From Camelus dromedarius (lineage: Eukaryota), in the NCBI RefSeq assembly GCF_036321535.1, contig NC_087437.1:92444001-92508000 (forward strand): a stretch of 64,000 bases of DNA. Direction: 5' to 3'. Made by a program: the position numbers and the translations under genes. Every line of letters begins with the position of its first letter. The stretch's first letter is position 1. Below, piece by piece: positions 57,701 through 64,000 of this stretch. The notes beneath the pieces were generated by a model. That model ran no database searches. It saw only the letters and a list, made by a program, of their open reading frames with translations, and was not told the DNA's origin.

Positions 57701-60700
57701 GGAGGAGGAGAGAAAGATGGCACAGTAGAAGGATGTGGAACACACTTCCCCCAGGAACACATCAAAAATACATCTACATGTGGGGCAATTTTCACTGAAA
57801 GCTACCTGGAAACTGGCAGAAAGACTCCTTTAACCACTTCTTTGTAAGGCAAATCTACACAGAATCATGCAGAAGGGAAGATAATTGATCAGGTAGTCCC
57901 CTGGGAGGGGACTCAGAGGAAAAAGGAGATTACATGAGTGGAGATTCTCCCTGAGGAGTGAGCAGTTTGAGCCATATATTGGGCACCCCAGCCCTGGAGC
58001 TCAACACAGGGAAGACAAGTTCCCTTGGCTAGTTGGAAGGTCAATGGAACAAACAAGAGGGCTATGAGAAGACTTGACTTCATTCACAAGGGCTGCACAC
58101 ATACTTGCTTGCTTTCAAAGCAGGGTGGAGATGGCAGATTGAAAATGCTTCAGTGTCTGGCTGGTTTCCTGCAACTGCCCCCTTGTGAATGCTCTAGCTC
58201 CACTTGTGTCATGACTAAAGTGAGGGATCAGCTGTGAGACTCAGAGGAGGCTGAAACCTGAAACAGTGTCTGAGGAGGGCAGGGGCAATCATTTCTGCTT
58301 AAATAGTGCATCAGAAGTAGTCTAAGTCTTTGTTACCAGCTAGACTACCACAGCCCACACCCTGACCCCCAGCAAGAGCCCACACTGGCCTCTCTTACTC
58401 CAGCACAGTTCCACGCTGGGGCAAGAATGCCAGTGCTGGGAGTGGGGAGAGCACACGTTAAGGGAATGGAGCCAGCTCAGATCCAACCTTTAGGGCTTCT
58501 GCTCCAGAAACCTGGGGCCTGACACCCCCCCCCCCAATAAGGAAGTTACGGCCACTGAGCAGAGAAGAAGCCCTGCTTCACACCCAACTCTGGCCTTAGC
58601 CACTCCACCTCTGGCCCCATCTCCTACTAAGTCGATGGCTGCCAGCACACAGGGAGGAAAGACATGACTTGTGTTATCAAATTGAACTCTCCTGTAAAAG
58701 CCATTGAACACACATAGACTGCATAGTGACACTTCCTTCTAAGGATATCTCTTCAATACCACAATAGGTATCTGTTTCACCTAATTTCATTGAGACAGAG
58801 AGGGTTATGCAAAATTACAAGACAAAAGAATGTATCTCAATTGAAAAAGCAAGAGGAAAACCACTGAAAAAACAAACAAAAAGAAACATAAATAAAAAAT
58901 TACCATATAACATAGTCAAAGCATGAATAATAAGAATGCTAATAATTAATAATAAAAAGAATTGATAAACACAATAAAAATTTTAACAGGGACCTAGAAA
59001 ATGAAGGGGAAAAATAAGTCAGAACTGAAAAGTAAAATAACTGCAACAAAAACCATACTAGAAGGAATTAATAGCAGATAGGTCATACAGAAGAATGCAT
59101 ACATGATCTGGAAGATAGAATAATGAAAATCTCACAACCAGAACATGAGGGAAAAAAAAGAGAGAGAGAGAGAACAGTTTAAGAAATCTCAGGACAACAT
59201 CAAGCATATAAGCATACCAACATTTGCATTATAGGCATCCAGAAGGACAAGATAGAGAGAAGGGGATCAAAAAATGAACTTGAGGAGATTATGGCTAAAA
59301 ATTTCCCATATCTCAAGAAGGAAATGGATGTCCAGGTATGGAAGCCCAGAGGGTCCCAAACATGATGAATCCAAAGAGACCTACACCAATTCACATCATA
59401 ATTAAAATGGCAAAAGTTAAAGATAGAGAATTCTAAAGCCAGCAAGAGAAAAACAAAGAGTCATATACAAGGAGACCTCCATGAGACAATCAGCTGATTT
59501 TTCTACAGAAACATTGCAGCTGAGAAGGAAGTAGCATGATATTTTCAAAGTGCTAAAAGGGAAGAACATGCAATTTAGGGTGCCCTACCCAGCAAGATTA
59601 TCATTTAGAACTGAAGGAGAGATAAAGCACTTCCCAGACAAGCAAAAACCAAAAGTTCATCAATACTAAGTCTACCCTGAAAGAAGTATTAAAGGGTCTT
59701 TTCTAAGAGGAAAAGAAAAGGCTGTATCAAAAGGAAGGATTTATAAAAAAGGATAAATCCCACCAACAAAAATAATTTAAAGGCTGAGTACCAACCATTT
59801 AAATAAGCTAGCACAAAGGTGAAAAGACAAAAAATGTAAAATCAACTATGACTACAATAACCAGTAAAGGCATAGACATGAAGATGTGAAATATGACATC
59901 AAATACACAAAATGTAGGGGAGAGGAGTGAAAAAAAATGTAGATCCTTTATAATGTGTCTGAACATTAAAGGAATACCAGTTTAAAGCAAGTATACTGAA
60001 CTGTAAGTCAACATATATGCACCTTATGGTAACCACAAATCAAAAATCTAAAATAGATACACAAAACCTAGAAAGAATGGAACACAAGCACATCACTAAA
60101 GAAAATAATCAAATCTTAAGGGAGGAAAAAAAAAAGGAGAAATAAACAGAGAAGAACTACCAAAAAAACTGAAAAACAAGTAATAAAATGGCAATAAGTA
60201 CATACCTATTAACAACCAACCTAAATATCAATAGGATAAACACTTCAATCAAAAGACATAGGGTGGCTGATTGGATAAAAATACAACACACATATATATG
60301 CTGCTTACAGGAAACTCAATTTAGAGCTAAAGACAAACACAGACTGAAGGTGAAAGGATGGAAAAAGATATTTCATGCAAATGGAAATGACAAGAAAATG
60401 GGGACAGCAATAGATTTTTTAAACAAAATCTATAACAAAAGAAAAGGGATGGCTCTATATAATGATAAAAGGATCAATATAGAAGAGGATATTACACTTG
60501 TTAACATATATGCATACAATATAGGAGTGCCTAAATATATAAAGCAAATATTAATGGACATAAAGGGAATAGTTGACAACAACACAGTAATAGTCAGGGA
60601 TTTTAACACTCCACTTATATTAATGGACATCTCATCTAGACAGAAAATCAGTAAAGAACTAGTGGTCATAAGTGACATAATAGACCAGTCGGACTTAGAT

Positions 60701-63700
60701 ATCCTCAGGACATTCTGTTCCTAATCAGCAGAATACACAGTTTTTTCAAGTGCACATGGAATATTCTCCAGGATAGATCCCATGCTGGCAACAAAGCAAG
60801 TCTCAACAAATTTAAGAGTATAGAAATTATATCAAGAATTTTTTTCCACCACAACAGTATAAAGCTAGAAATCAACTACAGAGAGAAAAAATGAAAGAGA
60901 ACAAACATGTGAAGACTAAACAACATGCTACTAAAAAAACAATGGGTCAATGATGAATCCAAGGGAAAATCAGAAAATACCGTAACACAAATAAAAATGG
61001 AAATAGCTTACCAAAAGTTATGGAAAGCAAAAACAGTTCTAAGAGGGAAGTTCATAGCAATACAGATCTTCCTCAAAAAAAAAAAAAAGAAAGAAAGAAA
61101 AATCTCAAATAAACAACCTAACCTATCACCTAAAAGGATTAGGAAAAAGAAGAGCAAAGCCCAAAGTCGGCAGAAAGAAGAAAATACTAAAGATCAGCAA
61201 AAAATAAATAAATAAAGATAAAAAATAGAAAAGATCAATAAAATCAAGAGTTTTTTTTTTAAAGATAATCAAAATTGATAAACCTTTAGCCAGGCTCATC
61301 AAGAAAAAAAGAGAGAACCCAAATAAGCAAAATGAGAAGTGAAAGAGGAGAAATAATAACTGATACCACAGAGACACAAAAAATCATAAGGGAATATTAT
61401 GAATAGTTATATGCCAACAAATTGGACAACCTAAAAGAAATAAACAGATTTCTAGAAACATACAACCTGCCAAGACTGAATCAGGAAGAAATAAACATCC
61501 AAAGACACAGATAACTAGTAGTAAAATTAAATTTGTAATTAAAAATTTTCCAGTAAACAAAAGTCCTGGACCAGACAGATTCACAGGGGAATTCTACCAA
61601 ACATATAAAGAAGAGATAATAACTATCCTTTTCAAAATATTCCAAAAAACTGAAGAGGATGAAACATTCCTAAATCCATTCTATGAAGTCACCATTACCA
61701 TAACACCAAAACCAAAGACGCAAGAAAAAAAATTACAGGCAAATAGGTTTGAATAATATAGATTCAAAAATCGTCATCAAAATATTCGTAAATCAAATTC
61801 AACAGTACATAGAAAGTATCATATGCCATGATCAAGTAGGTTTTATTCCAGGGATTCAAGGATGCTTCAATATTCACAAATTAATCAATATAATAAATCA
61901 CATTAACAAAAGGAAGAATAAAAATCACATTGTTACCTCGATATGTGCCACAAAGGCATTTGACAGAATTCAATGTCCATTCGTGATAAGAACATTCATC
62001 AGAGTTGTTGTGGAGGGAACATTTCTCAACACAATAAAGGTCATTGATGACAAATCCACAGCTAACTTCATACTCAAAGATGAGAAGTTGAAAATCTTTC
62101 CTATAAAATCAGGACTAAGAAAAGAATGTCCACTCTTACCACTTCTATCTAATACAGTTTTCTAAATCCTAGCCACACCAATCAGAAAAGAAAAAATAAA
62201 TAAAAGGCATCCAAATCCAAATCCAAAGGAAAGAAGAAGAATTGTCAGAATTTGCAGGTATTTATACTATATAGATAAATCCCTAAAGTCTCCAACCAAA
62301 CACTATGAGAATTAATAAGTGAATTCAGCAAAGCTGCAAGATACATGATTAATATATAGAAATCAGTTCCTTTGTTATAAACCAATAATGAACTATCACA
62401 AAGAGTAAGTATACAAACAAACAAACAAAACAATTCAATTAAAATTGCATTAAAAAGAATAAATTACTTAGGAATAAAATTAGCCAAGGAGGTCAAAGAC
62501 CTATACTCTGAAAACTGTAACAGACTGTTGAAGAAACCTGAAAATTATGCAAAGAAATGAAAAGATAACCAAAGCAATGTACAGATTTAATGCAGTCCCT
62601 ATCAAAACACCCATTACATTTTTCACTGGACTACAACAAATAATTCTCAAATTTATATGGAACCACAAAGCACTGCAAATTCTCAAAGCAATATTGAGAA
62701 AAAAAGATCAAAGCTTGAAGTACCATGCTCCCAGAGTTTAAACAGTACAACAAAGCTATGGTAATCAAAACGGCATGGTACTGGCACGTACACATGCATG
62801 CGCGCGCACGCACACACATACACACAAACAGATATATAGATCAGTGGATTAGAATATGGAGCCCAGAAATAAATTCACACACTTATGGTCAACTAATCTA
62901 CAACAACGGGGGCAAAAATGTATAATGGAGAAAACAAAGTTTCTTCAATAAGTGGTGCTAGGAAAACTGGACAGCCACATGTAAAGGAATGAGAGTAGAA
63001 CATTTCCTCACACCAAACATAAAAATAAACTAAAAAATTCAAAAGGGATGAAAGACCTAAATGTAAGATCTGAAATTATAAAACTCCTAGAAGAGAACAT
63101 AGGCAGGAGACTAACTGGACATAAATTGTTGCAATATTTTTTATCTGTCTCCTATGACAAAAGAAATAAAAGGCAAAATAAACAAATGGGACCAAATTAA
63201 AGCATTTGCACAGCAAAGAAAACCATCAACAAAATGAAAAGACAATCTACTGAAAGGGAGAAAGTATTTTCAAATGACATGATTGATAAGGGTTTAATAT
63301 CCAAAATATGTAAACAACTCATACAATTCCATATCAAAAAACAAATAACTCAATTTAAAAATGAAAGAAGACCTGAACAGACATTTTTCCAAAGAAGACA
63401 TACTAATAACTAATAGGCACATGAAAAGATGTTCAACACCTCTAATCTTCAGAGAAATGGAAATTTTTTGAAAATGGGATGTCACTTTACACTTATCAGA
63501 ATGGCTGTCATCAAGAAGACCACAAATAACAAATGTTGGCAAGGATGTGGGAAAAATGGGAACCTTTGCACAGTATTGATGGGAATGTAAATTGGTTCAG
63601 CAACTATGCAAAATAGTATGGAGGTTCCTCAATAAACAAAACCAGAACTACCATAAGATCCAGCAATTCCACTCCTGTGTATATATCCAAAGAAAATAAA

Positions 63701-64000
63701 AACACTGATTTAAAAAGATACATGCACCCCAATGTTCACAGCAGCAGCATTTGTAAGAGGCAAGGTATAATAGCCAACCTAAGTGTCTGTCAACAAATGA
63801 ACAGATAAAAAAGATGTGGTGTATAATACACGTATTATTCTTTCATATATATTTTATTTCATTCTTTTTCATAGCTGAGTAATATTCCATTATCTTTAAA
63901 TGGATTATAAATTATAAATGGATTCTATTATAATAGAATATTAGTCATAAAAATGAAATTCTGCTATTTGTAGATGGATCTAGAGAATATTATGCTTAGT
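57701..64000 (+). mobile_element. Near full-length inactive L1 (5' UTR, ORF1 ~58810-59705, ORF2 from 60188), continues past window
   Basis: 5' end ggaggaggagagaaagatggc; ORF2 endonuclease (YICCLQET, NIYA, DFNTPL), RT (HDQVGFIPG, KAFDRIQ) and TAWYW, broken by many stops and frameshifts. Confidence 0.97.

Noticed and set aside
57701..64000. Potentially active full-length L1
   Set aside because: ORF1 and ORF2 are fragmented by numerous stops, frameshifts and a microsatellite insertion (~62790-62826).
1..64000. CRISPR arrays, operons or other prokaryotic systems
   Set aside because: The sequence is mammalian; no regularly spaced direct repeats or intact ORF clusters are present.

Overview
AT-rich mammalian DNA, almost certainly camelid: it carries a tRNA-derived Vic-1-type SINE and camelid-type L1 3' ends. 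I found no intact protein-coding gene. About half the window is transposable elements (L1, L2, L3/CR1, MIR, MaLR/ERVL/ERV1 LTRs, hAT and Tigger DNA elements). The unique sequence between the repeats forms a chain of about 40 degraded, coding-like exons on the minus strand (~57,628 down to ~2,358). Most have GT-AG boundaries and mutually consistent splice phases. By hand they total roughly 13-15 kb, i.e. a protein of >4,000 aa whose 5' end lies beyond the window. Nearly every exon has stops and/or frameshifts, and several are split by ancient elements (L2, MER21, a hAT-Charlie MITE, BLACKJACK). I infer a giant unitary pseudogene that died early in placental evolution. I cannot assign it to a known family. 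All translations are manual, many exon ends are approximate, and repeat subfamily names are from recall rather than a database search.
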